In this document: in pieces, positions 55,924-64,000 of the stretch
How positions within the stretch are numbered: the stretch's first letter is position 1
How the letters are laid out: each line of letters begins with the position of its first letter
NCBI GenBank assembly: GCA_033764015.1
Contig: JANRJK010000013.1
Span: 558,618-622,617 of the forward strand
From: Candidatus Sumerlaeia bacterium
Lineage (GTDB): Bacteria > Sumerlaeota > Sumerlaeia > SLMS01 > JANRJK01
Direction of reading: 5' to 3'
Length of the DNA: 64,000 bases
Position numbers and translations under genes: made by a program
Notes under the pieces: model-generated
Seen by the model: only the letters and a program-made list of their open reading frames with translations
Told to the model about the DNA's origin: nothing
Databases searched by the model: none

Positions 55924-58341
55924 ATGGAAATGATCGAGCATTGGGTTAAGGAGCAGTTGGAGAAGCAAGCAGCGGAGAGCGCCAAAGAAGCAGCCGAAGC
56001 CGCTCCGCATCGCGCCTTCGACCCAGAGCATCTTCGTGAGATGGAACTGTTTCCGACAAGGGCATGGCATTGGGTCTGTCACCCACCAACCTACGGCCTT
56101 GGTCACGACCTTTGGCGCGAGGGCAGGGTTGTTGATGCGGCGCCATGGCTGTGGCGCAGAGCATTGTATCTCAAAGCGAGCATACTGCTGGACTATTCCC
56201 ATCAACAGCGGGGAGGGATGTCGAACATCTGGATCGGCTCCGGATGCGATGATGGTCTCGCATTATTTTTCTGGGGAGGCATGCTCAGCGACTTCGACCT
56301 GATCCGCGATTATCGCCTCAAGGGGGCCGAGCCGAAAGCGATGACCTATAGTGAATTGCACCAACTGCATGATGATCGTCCAAGGAGCATGGAGCTCTTC
56401 CTATACGCCCTTCGATGGATGGAGCAGGGAAATGATGCCGATCTAAACTGGCTGTGTTCCAGATTCAACTTGAGCGAGTATGATGCGCTGTTCGCGGCTT
56501 GGCGCAAAGGAGACGGATTAGATGAGGAAGTTGCCCGACTTGCACTGAACTGGGATAGGGGTGTCACGAACAACTATACGCTCAAGAATCTAGGGTACAA
56601 TCGGAACCCGATCATGCCTGTCGTGCTGAACTCGATCAATGCGGTAATGGCTCGGGCCGGTCTCCCCGAATATGTTCTCGATCTCCCAGTGCTGCGCTGC
56701 ACTCCGTTCGCGAAACTGCCCCCGCCGACCGAACCCGCTCCCGACCCGCACTATGATCGCCTGCTTGCCGAACTCGTCCCGCCCGGTACCGAGCATCGAC
56801 TCAGGGATGAACTTGGTCGGCTTCCTTTCCCCAAGAAAACGCGCTGGGAGGAACGACGTGAAGTAGCTGCACGCGAGCAAGCCGAGTATGAGCGGCAAGA
56901 TCGATACGACCGCAATCTCCTGCCGGGCAACCGGGCGGAGTGGTTCAAGAAGAAATGGAGCAGCACCAAGTTCAACGGAGACCGGTACCTAGCCCGGGAA
57001 GATTGGGAAGTGCTGGACGTACTCTCGAGGATTGAGACCCATGCTGACCTCCTCCAGTGGTCGCATCCATACTACGCACTGTCAAGTGTCTATAGCAGGT
57101 TTCGGAGGCGCGCAATTGTCGATTCAGGGATCGGCGAAAGTCCATGGATGGGCGCGATGTACATTAGTATTGAAGTGTACATCCTACAGGTCTTCTGGAT
57201 TTGTCGTCGCCGCGAGATGCTTGACGATGCGTCCTGGAACCGATCTTTCGATGAAACAGACATGGCGTCGGTGGGATTGTGGTGTCTGATTCTTGGCCAC
57301 TTGCCGGGGGCACGTTACCTTTCGGAGCACCTTCGCCGTATCAAAGCGCTAAGGAGCGCTGAGGACGATGATTGTAGTAGTCAGCTTGGCGTTTTTGCGC
57401 GCCTGTTTCTTGCGCTGACAGACTTCGAGGACGGGCGCGGTGAAGCCGCCCGGTATCGGTTGTCGCGCACTGGGGTCCCCGCATACGCCGCCCTTGGAGA
57501 AGACTGGGAACGCTACAACGGAACACGGCGCGCCCTGTTGGGCATTCTTGATTATCGAAAGACGATTCACCGAAGTGATCATCCCTACAGCGACTACACG
57601 AGCGCAACCTTCGCGGAGGACGCATTGGCAGTCCTCGCGACGAGGCGTCGTCTCGGCCTTCCGAGCCCAAAGCTCCGCCACCGCCTGACGATTGGCAATC
57701 CTCTGTTTGTGCTCCCCGATGGTCCGATTCCGCAGGTGGAGCCAGAACCGGAGGTGGCGAAGATCATGAAACTGCTGCGCTACCCCGAGTGCCTCGCCGA
57801 AGAATTGCTCTGCCTGAAGGCGCTTCCGGCCAGTGCGCATGGCGACCCGCCGCCTCCAAAGCTCACGGACAAGTACCCGACGGAGGCGGAACTCGCCCAG
57901 TTCCTGTTCGGCCCGCCGCAGAAGTCGGAGTTCGCGCTGAACCGCGTCACCATCGAGCTGGTGTCCACACTGGATGCGGAGGGAACTCTGCGCGAGATAC
58001 TCTCCGAACTCCCCGCGGACGCATGGAAGATCGATTCCGAGGTGGGCCGGCGCGTTGTAACGGCCACCGCCTTCGGGCGGACGGCGCAACTCGACGGCAC
58101 GGGGCGAACCCCGCGGGAGGTGGCCGCCTGGGCGGCGGAACTGCTGCGGCCGGAGTTCGATATCCGGCTCGTCGCCGAGACGGCCGGCGAAGCGGACATC
58201 CTCGTGATCGTCCGCCCGGCGAGCTTCTGGGCGCTCGTGGACTCGCAGGATCCGAAAACGGTCGCCAGGGTCCTCTCCGCGATCGAACCCGGCGTCGCCG
58301 TCCCGGCAGCGAAGCCGCGCGCGAGGAAGGGCTCGAAGTGA
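55924..58341 (+). CDS. hypothetical protein, paralog 4 (805 aa, two copies of the family module)
   Basis: GGAGG RBS; colinear with paralog 3 (FWGGxLxxFDLxRDYRLK, ELFLYALRW, EWFKKxWS); last 251 aa nearly identical. Confidence 0.88.
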   Translation: MEMIEHWVKEQLEKQAAESAKEAAEAAPHRAFDPEHLREMELFPTRAWHWVCHPPTYGLGHDLWREGRVVDAAPWLWRRALYLKASILLDYSHQQRGGMSNIWIGSGCDDGLALFFWGGMLSDFDLIRDYRLKGAEPKAMTYSELHQLHDDRPRSMELFLYALRWMEQGNDADLNWLCSRFNLSEYDALFAAWRKGDGLDEEVARLALNWDRGVTNNYTLKNLGYNRNPIMPVVLNSINAVMARAGLPEYVLDLPVLRCTPFAKLPPPTEPAPDPHYDRLLAELVPPGTEHRLRDELGRLPFPKKTRWEERREVAAREQAEYERQDRYDRNLLPGNRAEWFKKKWSSTKFNGDRYLAREDWEVLDVLSRIETHADLLQWSHPYYALSSVYSRFRRRAIVDSGIGESPWMGAMYISIEVYILQVFWICRRREMLDDASWNRSFDETDMASVGLWCLILGHLPGARYLSEHLRRIKALRSAEDDDCSSQLGVFARLFLALTDFEDGRGEAARYRLSRTGVPAYAALGEDWERYNGTRRALLGILDYRKTIHRSDHPYSDYTSATFAEDALAVLATRRRLGLPSPKLRHRLTIGNPLFVLPDGPIPQVEPEPEVAKIMKLLRYPECLAEELLCLKALPASAHGDPPPPKLTDKYPTEAELAQFLFGPPQKSEFALNRVTIELVSTLDAEGTLREILSELPADAWKIDSEVGRRVVTATAFGRTAQLDGTGRTPREVAAWAAELLRPEFDIRLVAETAGEADILVIVRPASFWALVDSQDPKTVARVLSAIEPGVAVPAAKPRARKGSK
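57586..58341 (+). repeat. 756-bp near-identical repeat, copy 2 (3' part of paralog 4)
   Basis: Ungapped match to 55110-55865 at an offset of 2476 bp. Confidence 0.92.
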
Positions 58342-58456
58342 CTTTCCTAGCGGTGGAGCCGCGCCATTCCCGTTGGCATGGGAAATGGCTTACCGATGAT
58401 CGCACACGGTGGCGGGGATGCTCCGTCACCTCTTACCGACAAGGACCGACCACGAC

Positions 58457-58975
58457 GTGCCGCCCTCTCCGATCTCGTACTCCCTCGATTCCCTCCGCAA
58501 GCTCGCCTCGCTGATCGAGGGTATGTCCGCCGACGACTATGCGCGCTGCTGCCCCGGCTTTTACAATGCATCGATCGGCAAGCACACCCGCCACGCGGTG
58601 GACCACTACGACCGCTTGCTGGCCCAGCGCGGCGGCGAGATCGTCGACTACGACCGGCGCGAGCGGGGCGGTGCCATCGAGACCGACCGCGCGCTGGCGC
58701 TCTCCGAGATTTCCCGCCTTGGCGACGAGCTTTCGCGGACCGGCGAGGCGGAGCTTCCCGCTCCGATCCGCATCCGCATGATGATGGGCGACTCGCCCGA
58801 CTCCGAGGTGCTTCTCGATACGACGCTCGGCCGCGAACTCGCCTTCTGCGCGTCGCACTGCGTCCACCACCTCGCGCTGATGACGGTGATGGCGCGCTCG
58901 CTGGGCGCGGAGGCGGACGATGCGCTCGGTCTCGCACCGTCCACCGCCGCGCATTTCGCCTCGAAAAGCGGCTGA
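58457..58975 (+). CDS. DinB-family protein
   Basis: ASIGKHTRHAVDHY, VDYDRRERG..IET, LGRELAFCASHCVHHLA, GLAPST; GTG after AAGGA. Confidence 0.85.
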   Translation: MPPSPISYSLDSLRKLASLIEGMSADDYARCCPGFYNASIGKHTRHAVDHYDRLLAQRGGEIVDYDRRERGGAIETDRALALSEISRLGDELSRTGEAELPAPIRIRMMMGDSPDSEVLLDTTLGRELAFCASHCVHHLALMTVMARSLGAEADDALGLAPSTAAHFASKSG

Positions 58976-59229
58976 TCCGCCGCGGCGCGAAGGCGTCGCG
59001 CTGCGTTCCTAGCTACATGACGCGGCTTCCGCAGCCGCCGACGCTTCCGCTTCCAAGAGCGGCGTGGACGGTTCGTGTCCCGTGGCCGCTGATGGCGACC
59101 CCCCTGGTGATCGCCGAGGCGGCGTGCCGCCGGTAATAGTTCACTGATTCACAAAGGCCCTTCCTGTGCTCACTCCGGGCGTTGGATGCGCGGCTGGGAT
59201 GCGCGCGGACCCGACCGAGGAGAGCACAC

Positions 59230-60105
59230 ATGGCCGCCGACGGCCCGATGCCGGTTTATCGCAATCCAGAGCACCCGGAAGTGGTCCTGCCGGCGTGCCC
59301 GATCAACAAGTTGCTGCGCGGCCAGAAGGCGATCGTCACCGGAGCCAACTCCGGCATCGGGCGGGCGATCGCGATCGCGCTGGCCCACGCCGGCGCCAAC
59401 GTCGTGGTGAACTACCTGAGCGGCGAGGAGGACGCGGCGGCCACCGTCGAGGAGGCGGCGCGCTGCGGATTCCCCGCCATGGCGTTCAAGGCCGATGTGT
59501 CCAAAGAGGACGAGGTCGCGGCGATGTTCGACGCGGCCCGCGCGGAGTTCGGCACGGTCGATATCCTCGTCAACAACGCGGGGATGCAGTGGGACGCCCC
59601 GTTCGACCGGATGACGCTTGAGCAGTGGAACAAGGTGCTCGCGGTGAACCTCACGGGGCAGTTCCTCTGCGCGCGCGAGGCGGTCCGCGAGTTCAAGCGG
59701 CGCGGCGTGCGCCCGGGCGTCTCCTGCGCCGCCGGCAAGATCATCTGCATCAGCAGCGTCCACGAAGTCATCCCCTGGGCGGGGCACGTGAACTACGCCG
59801 CCAGCAAGGGAGGCCTCATGCTGATGATGAAGTCCATCGCGCAGGAGGTCGCCCCTTGGCGCATCCGCGTGAACAGCATCTGTCCCGGCGCGATCCGCAC
59901 GCCGATCAACCGCGAGGCGTGGTCGACGGAGGAGGCGTACAACGACTTGATGAAGCTGGTGCCCTACAAGCGCATCGGGGAGGTGGAGGACATCGGGCGC
60001 ACGGCGGTGTGGCTCGCCTCCGACGAGGCGGACTACATCCACGGCGCCAGCATCTTCGTGGACGGCGGCATGACGCTGTACCCTGGCTTCGAAGCGGGCG
60101 GCTGA
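59230..60105 (+). CDS. glucose 1-dehydrogenase-like SDR
   Basis: VTGANSGIG, VNNAG, ISSVHEVIPWAGHVNYAASKGG, FVDGGMTLYPGF. Confidence 0.92.
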   Translation: MAADGPMPVYRNPEHPEVVLPACPINKLLRGQKAIVTGANSGIGRAIAIALAHAGANVVVNYLSGEEDAAATVEEAARCGFPAMAFKADVSKEDEVAAMFDAARAEFGTVDILVNNAGMQWDAPFDRMTLEQWNKVLAVNLTGQFLCAREAVREFKRRGVRPGVSCAAGKIICISSVHEVIPWAGHVNYAASKGGLMLMMKSIAQEVAPWRIRVNSICPGAIRTPINREAWSTEEAYNDLMKLVPYKRIGEVEDIGRTAVWLASDEADYIHGASIFVDGGMTLYPGFEAGG

Positions 60106-60109
60106 TCCA

Positions 60110-62068
60110 GTGCGGACACCTCCAACCCCTTATCTGGCGGGCCCTCGCGGCGAGTGGCTGGAGGCGGACGGCCTCGGCGGCTTCGCCTCCGGCTCGGCGT
60201 CCGGCATCCGCACCCGGCGCTACCACGGCTTGCTCGTCCCCGCGCTGCAGCCCCCTTCCGGCCGCGTGGTGCTGGTTTCGGACTTCGAAGCGGACGTGGA
60301 GACCGTCCGCGGCCGCATCCCGCTGAGCGCGCAGCACTACCAACCCGGTGTCACCGTTCCCGGCGAGGCGGTGGAGTCGATCGTCTCCTTCGATGCGCAC
60401 CCGTGGCCGACATGGCTGCTGCGCCTGCGCGACGGCAAGCTGGTCCGGCAGGAGATCTACGCCGAGCACGGCACCGGGCGCGTCGTGCTCGCCTGGCGGA
60501 TCGAGGAGGGGCGCGGGTCCGCGCTGCTGCGCGTGCGCCCGTTGATCGCCGCGCGCGACTACCACGGTGTCCAGCGCGAGAACGCCTCGCAGCGGCACGA
60601 CGCGCGCATCGATGAGGAGCGCGTCGAGTGGCGCCCCTACGACGGGCTCCCCCCGATCCATGCGCTCGCGAACGCGGCGTACACGGGTGCTCCGGAGTGG
60701 TACCGCTCGTTCCTCTACACCGAGGAGCGCGAGCGCGGCCTCGACGACACGGAGGACTTGGCGATCCCCGGGGAGTTCACCTTCGATCTCGCGGCGGAGC
60801 CCGCGTACCTCGTGCTGCATGTCGGCGGCGGCGCGGCCGAGCTGCCCACCCGCGGGGCCGGCAAGCTCGCGCAAGGCATCCGCGAGCGCGAGTTCAACCG
60901 GCGGGCAGCCTTCCCGTCGGTGCTGCACCGCGCGGCGGACCAGTACCTCGTCCGGCGGGGCGGCGGCCACACGGTGATCGCGGGCTACCCGTGGTTCACC
61001 GACTGGGGCCGCGACACGTTCATCGCGCTGCGCGGGCTCTGCCTGGCCGCGGGGCGCGTGGACGTCGCGCTCGCCATCCTCTCGGAATGGGCGGGGCACG
61101 TTTCGGAAGGGATGCTCCCGAACCGCTTCCCGGACGGCGGCGACGCGCCGGAGTTCAACTCCGTCGACGCCTCCCTCTGGTACATCGTCGCGGCGTCGGA
61201 AACGCTCGAGCGGGCTGGCGCCGCTGCCCACGCCCCGGTCGCCGCGCGGATCCGCGAGGCGTGCCTCGACATCGCCGAAGGATACCGGCGGGGCACCCGC
61301 CACCAAATCGCGATGGACCCGTCCGACGGACTGGTCCGCTGCGGCGAACGCGGTGTGCAGCTCACATGGATGGACGCCAAGGTCGGCGACTGGGTGGTGA
61401 CGCCGCGCATCGGCAAGCCGGTCGAGATCCAAGCGCTCTGGATCAACGCGCTCGCCGTCGTCTCCGGGTGGGATTCCTCCTTCCGCCCCGACTTCGACCG
61501 GGCGATGGCATCGTTCGAACCCACCTTCTGGAATGGGGAGCGCGGCTGCCTGTTCGACGTGGCGGACGACCAGCACCGCGCGGGGGCGAAGGACGGGCGG
61601 CTGCGTCCGAATCAGATCTTCGCGGCCGGTGGCCTGCCTGTTGTGCCGCTGTCCGAAGAACGCGCGGCGGCGGTCGTGGACGTGGTGGAGCGCGCGCTCT
61701 GGACTCCCATGGGGCTCCGGTCGCTCGCGCCCGGCGAGCCGGGCTACGCCACCCACTACCGCGGAGGCGTCTGGGAGCGGGACGGCGCCTACCACCAGGG
61801 CACCGTCTGGCCGTGGCTCGCGGGCGCCTTCGTCGAGGCATGGGTAAGGGCGCGCGGCGCCACCGGTGCCGCCAAGGCGGAGGCGGCGGAACGCTTCCTC
61901 GCGCCCCTCGAGCGCAATCTCTCCGTGGGATCGCACCTCGCGGAGATCGCCGACGCCGAGCCGCCGCACACGCCCCGCGGCTGTCCCTTCCAGGCGTGGT
62001 CCGTCGGTGAGCTGCTCCGCCTGCGCCACAGCGTGCTGTCGCCCGCGCCCGGCGAGGCCGGCCGCTAA
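60110..62068 (+). CDS. amylo-alpha-1,6-glucosidase (glycogen debranching enzyme, archaeal type)
   Basis: EWLEADGLGGFASG..RTRRYHGLL, IAGYPWFTDWGRDTFI, LTWMDAK, RPNQ, YHQGTVWPW, GCPFQAWS. Confidence 0.93.
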   Translation: MRTPPTPYLAGPRGEWLEADGLGGFASGSASGIRTRRYHGLLVPALQPPSGRVVLVSDFEADVETVRGRIPLSAQHYQPGVTVPGEAVESIVSFDAHPWPTWLLRLRDGKLVRQEIYAEHGTGRVVLAWRIEEGRGSALLRVRPLIAARDYHGVQRENASQRHDARIDEERVEWRPYDGLPPIHALANAAYTGAPEWYRSFLYTEERERGLDDTEDLAIPGEFTFDLAAEPAYLVLHVGGGAAELPTRGAGKLAQGIREREFNRRAAFPSVLHRAADQYLVRRGGGHTVIAGYPWFTDWGRDTFIALRGLCLAAGRVDVALAILSEWAGHVSEGMLPNRFPDGGDAPEFNSVDASLWYIVAASETLERAGAAAHAPVAARIREACLDIAEGYRRGTRHQIAMDPSDGLVRCGERGVQLTWMDAKVGDWVVTPRIGKPVEIQALWINALAVVSGWDSSFRPDFDRAMASFEPTFWNGERGCLFDVADDQHRAGAKDGRLRPNQIFAAGGLPVVPLSEERAAAVVDVVERALWTPMGLRSLAPGEPGYATHYRGGVWERDGAYHQGTVWPWLAGAFVEAWVRARGATGAAKAEAAERFLAPLERNLSVGSHLAEIADAEPPHTPRGCPFQAWSVGELLRLRHSVLSPAPGEAGR

Positions 62069-62940
62069 TGGCGGGCGCGCCTCCGCTGGCGATCTGGCGC
62101 CGGAACTGGCCGGACTACGCGCTCGAGGGGCTGCTGCTCGGCTGCTTCCTCGTGACCGCCTGCCTGGTGGTCGCGCTACTCCAACACCCCGGTTCGCCGG
62201 TGCGGAACGCCCTGCCCGACGGCACGGTCCGGCGCGCCGTGATCGGTGCCGCCATGGGTTTGACGGCGCTCCTGATCCTCACCAGCCGCATCGGCAAGCG
62301 CACCGGCGCGCACATCAACCCGGCGGTGACGCTCGTGTTCCTGTGGCAGGGCAAGACGACGCCCGCGGACGCGGCGGGCTACATCGCGGGGCAGACCGCC
62401 GGCGCGGTGCTCGGCGTCTCCGCGACCGCGCTGGCGCTGGGCGGCGTCGTCCGGCACCCGTCGGTGAACTACGTGGTGACGGTGCCGGGCGCGGACGGGC
62501 CGCTGGTCGCGTGGCTCGTCGAGTTCGCCCTGTCCGCCGGGATGATCCTCACGGTGCTGTCGGTGAGCTCGGCGCCCCGGCTCGCGCGGTTCACGGCGCA
62601 CTTCGCGGCGCTGCTCGTCTTCCTCTACATCTCGTTGGCGGCGCCGTACTCCGGCATGAGCATCAACCCCGCGCGGACGCTCGGCAGCGCCATCCCCGCG
62701 AACGTGTTCACCGCGCTGTGGGTGTACCTCACGGCGCCGGTGGCGGGCTTCTTCGCGGGCGCGGCGCTGCACCGCGTCCTCGCGCGCTGCGCCCACGAGC
62801 GGGCGTGCTGCATGGGCGGCAAGTGCGTCTCCTGCCGCTGCGTCTTCACCTGCCACAAGAAAGCCTTCGGACCGGAAAGCGCCCCGCGCACCGGCGGGGC
62901 GAACCCTCGACCCATGGACTCCCGGGAGGCGCTCTCATGA
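62068..62940 (+). CDS. aquaporin / MIP-family channel
   Basis: GAHINPAVT and SGMSINPART (two NPA boxes); Cys-rich tail. Confidence 0.92.
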   Translation: MAGAPPLAIWRRNWPDYALEGLLLGCFLVTACLVVALLQHPGSPVRNALPDGTVRRAVIGAAMGLTALLILTSRIGKRTGAHINPAVTLVFLWQGKTTPADAAGYIAGQTAGAVLGVSATALALGGVVRHPSVNYVVTVPGADGPLVAWLVEFALSAGMILTVLSVSSAPRLARFTAHFAALLVFLYISLAAPYSGMSINPARTLGSAIPANVFTALWVYLTAPVAGFFAGAALHRVLARCAHERACCMGGKCVSCRCVFTCHKKAFGPESAPRTGGANPRPMDSREALS

Positions 62941-63873
62941 GCACGCACTATGATGTGGTCGTCATCGGCACCGGCGCGGGCGGCGGCACGCTCGCCTACG
63001 CGCTCGCCGGTACCGGCAAGTGGATCCTCCTCCTCGATCGGGGGCCGCGCCTGCCCCGCGAGAAGGAGAACTGGGACACCCGCGCGGTGATCCTGGATGG
63101 AAGGTACAACCCCGGCGAGAAGTGGCGCTCCGGCGATGGCGAGGAGTTCGCACCCGGAGTGAAGTACGCGGTCGGCGGCAACACCAAGGTCTACGGCGCC
63201 GCCCTGCTCCGGCTGCGGCCCGCCGACTTCGGCGAAATCCACCACGAGGGCGGGATCTCGCCCGCCTGGCCGCTGGGCTACAAGGAGTTCGAACCCTGGT
63301 ACGCCGCCGCCGAGCAGCTCTACCGCGTGCGGGGCCTGCACGGCGTCGATCCCAGCGCGGGACCCTCCAGCTCCCCCTACCCGCATCCGCCGATACGGCA
63401 CGAGGCGCGCACGCGCCAGCTCGTCGCGGACTTCGCTCGACAGGGCCTCCGCCCCTGGCCGCTCCCGCTCGGACTGCTTCTCGACGACGAGCATCCGGAG
63501 AAGGAGCCCTGCATCCGCTGCGACACCTGCGACGGCTTCCCCTGCCTCGTGAAGGGCAAAGCCGACGCGCAGGTGATCTGCGTGGAGCCCGCGCTCCGCC
63601 ATCCCAACGTGACCCTGCTGACCGGCGCCTACGTCGAGCGCCTCGAAACCGACGCCACGGGGCGCTCGGTCCGGACGGTCCATGCGAACATCGGCGGCGA
63701 GCGCATGCGGTTCGACGCCGACATCGTGGTCTCCGCCTGCGGGGCGGTGAACAGCACCGCGCTCCTGTTGCGCTCCGCCAGCGACCTGCACCCGCAAGGG
63801 CTCGGCAACAGCTCGGGGCTGCTCGGCCGCCACTACATGGCGCACCAGAACTCCGCGGTCTTGTATGTTTCCC
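62937..63873 (+). CDS. GMC-family oxidoreductase, N-terminal part (frame stays open to the window end, but similarity fades after about 63873)
   Basis: MSTHYDVVVIGTGAGGGTLA, VGGNTKVYGAALLRLRPADF, SPAWP, CIRCDTCDGFPC, ACGAVNSTALLLRSA, GLGNSSG..GRHYMAH. Confidence 0.88.
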
Positions 63874-64000
63874 CCGGGGTTCTCGATGGGGATGTCCCCC
63901 GTCACCATCACAGGGGGGCGCGGGGGGACTTAACATCCGCGCCGATCTGTGGAGAACTCCCCGCTGGTTTCCCTCCGCGCGGCCGTGCGGGGGGGATCGG

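Noticed and set aside
55110..58341. Diversity-generating retroelement template/variable repeat pair
   Set aside because: No reverse transcriptase is in the window, both copies lie in full ORFs, and the mismatches are not confined to adenines.
49792..58341. Prophage, integron or transposon explanation for the paralog array
   Set aside because: I saw no integrase, transposase or phage genes and no attC-like palindromes between the genes; the 42-bp repeat occurs only twice.
58360..58390. Hairpin GCCATTCCC...GGGAAATGGC after paralog 4
   Set aside because: The stem is imperfect and has no clear U-tract; too weak to call a terminator.
59017..59136. 39-codon ORF MTRLPQPPTLPLP... between the DinB and SDR genes
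   Set aside because: No RBS, atypical codons and no recognisable features.

Overview
GC-rich chromosomal window from a diderm bacterium (it encodes a BamA-family protein, lipoproteins and system II cytochrome c biogenesis); the taxon cannot be fixed from the sequence. About 50 kb is housekeeping and cell-envelope genes: the 3' end of thrC, ilvE, rel, ccsA with a ResB-like partner, ispD, ruvX, aas, an aminopeptidase, pheA, mnmE, a prpC-like synthase, pdxB and many glycosyltransferases. Two regions stand out. (1) At 49.8-58.3 kb is a partly AT-richer tandem array of four uncharacterised paralogs. They share an alpha-helical module ending in E/D-x-LAVLAxRRRLGL...GNPLF and a common C-terminal domain. 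The first gene is bracketed by an exact 42-bp direct repeat. Genes 3 and 4 are both 805 aa, carry two copies of the module, and have near-identical 3' ends but strongly diverged 5' parts. My best reading, which is inference, is an orphan, diversifying immunity-like array. (2) At 262-2876 a SET-domain gene sits next to a class I methyltransferase-ATP-grasp fusion, with a structured spacer and a 14-codon ORF between them. The window ends in a glucose dehydrogenase / debranching enzyme / aquaporin / GMC oxidoreductase cluster whose last gene appears interrupted near 63,870. I saw no rRNA, tRNA, CRISPR array, integrase or transposase. All calls are from motif recognition by eye; no database searches were run.
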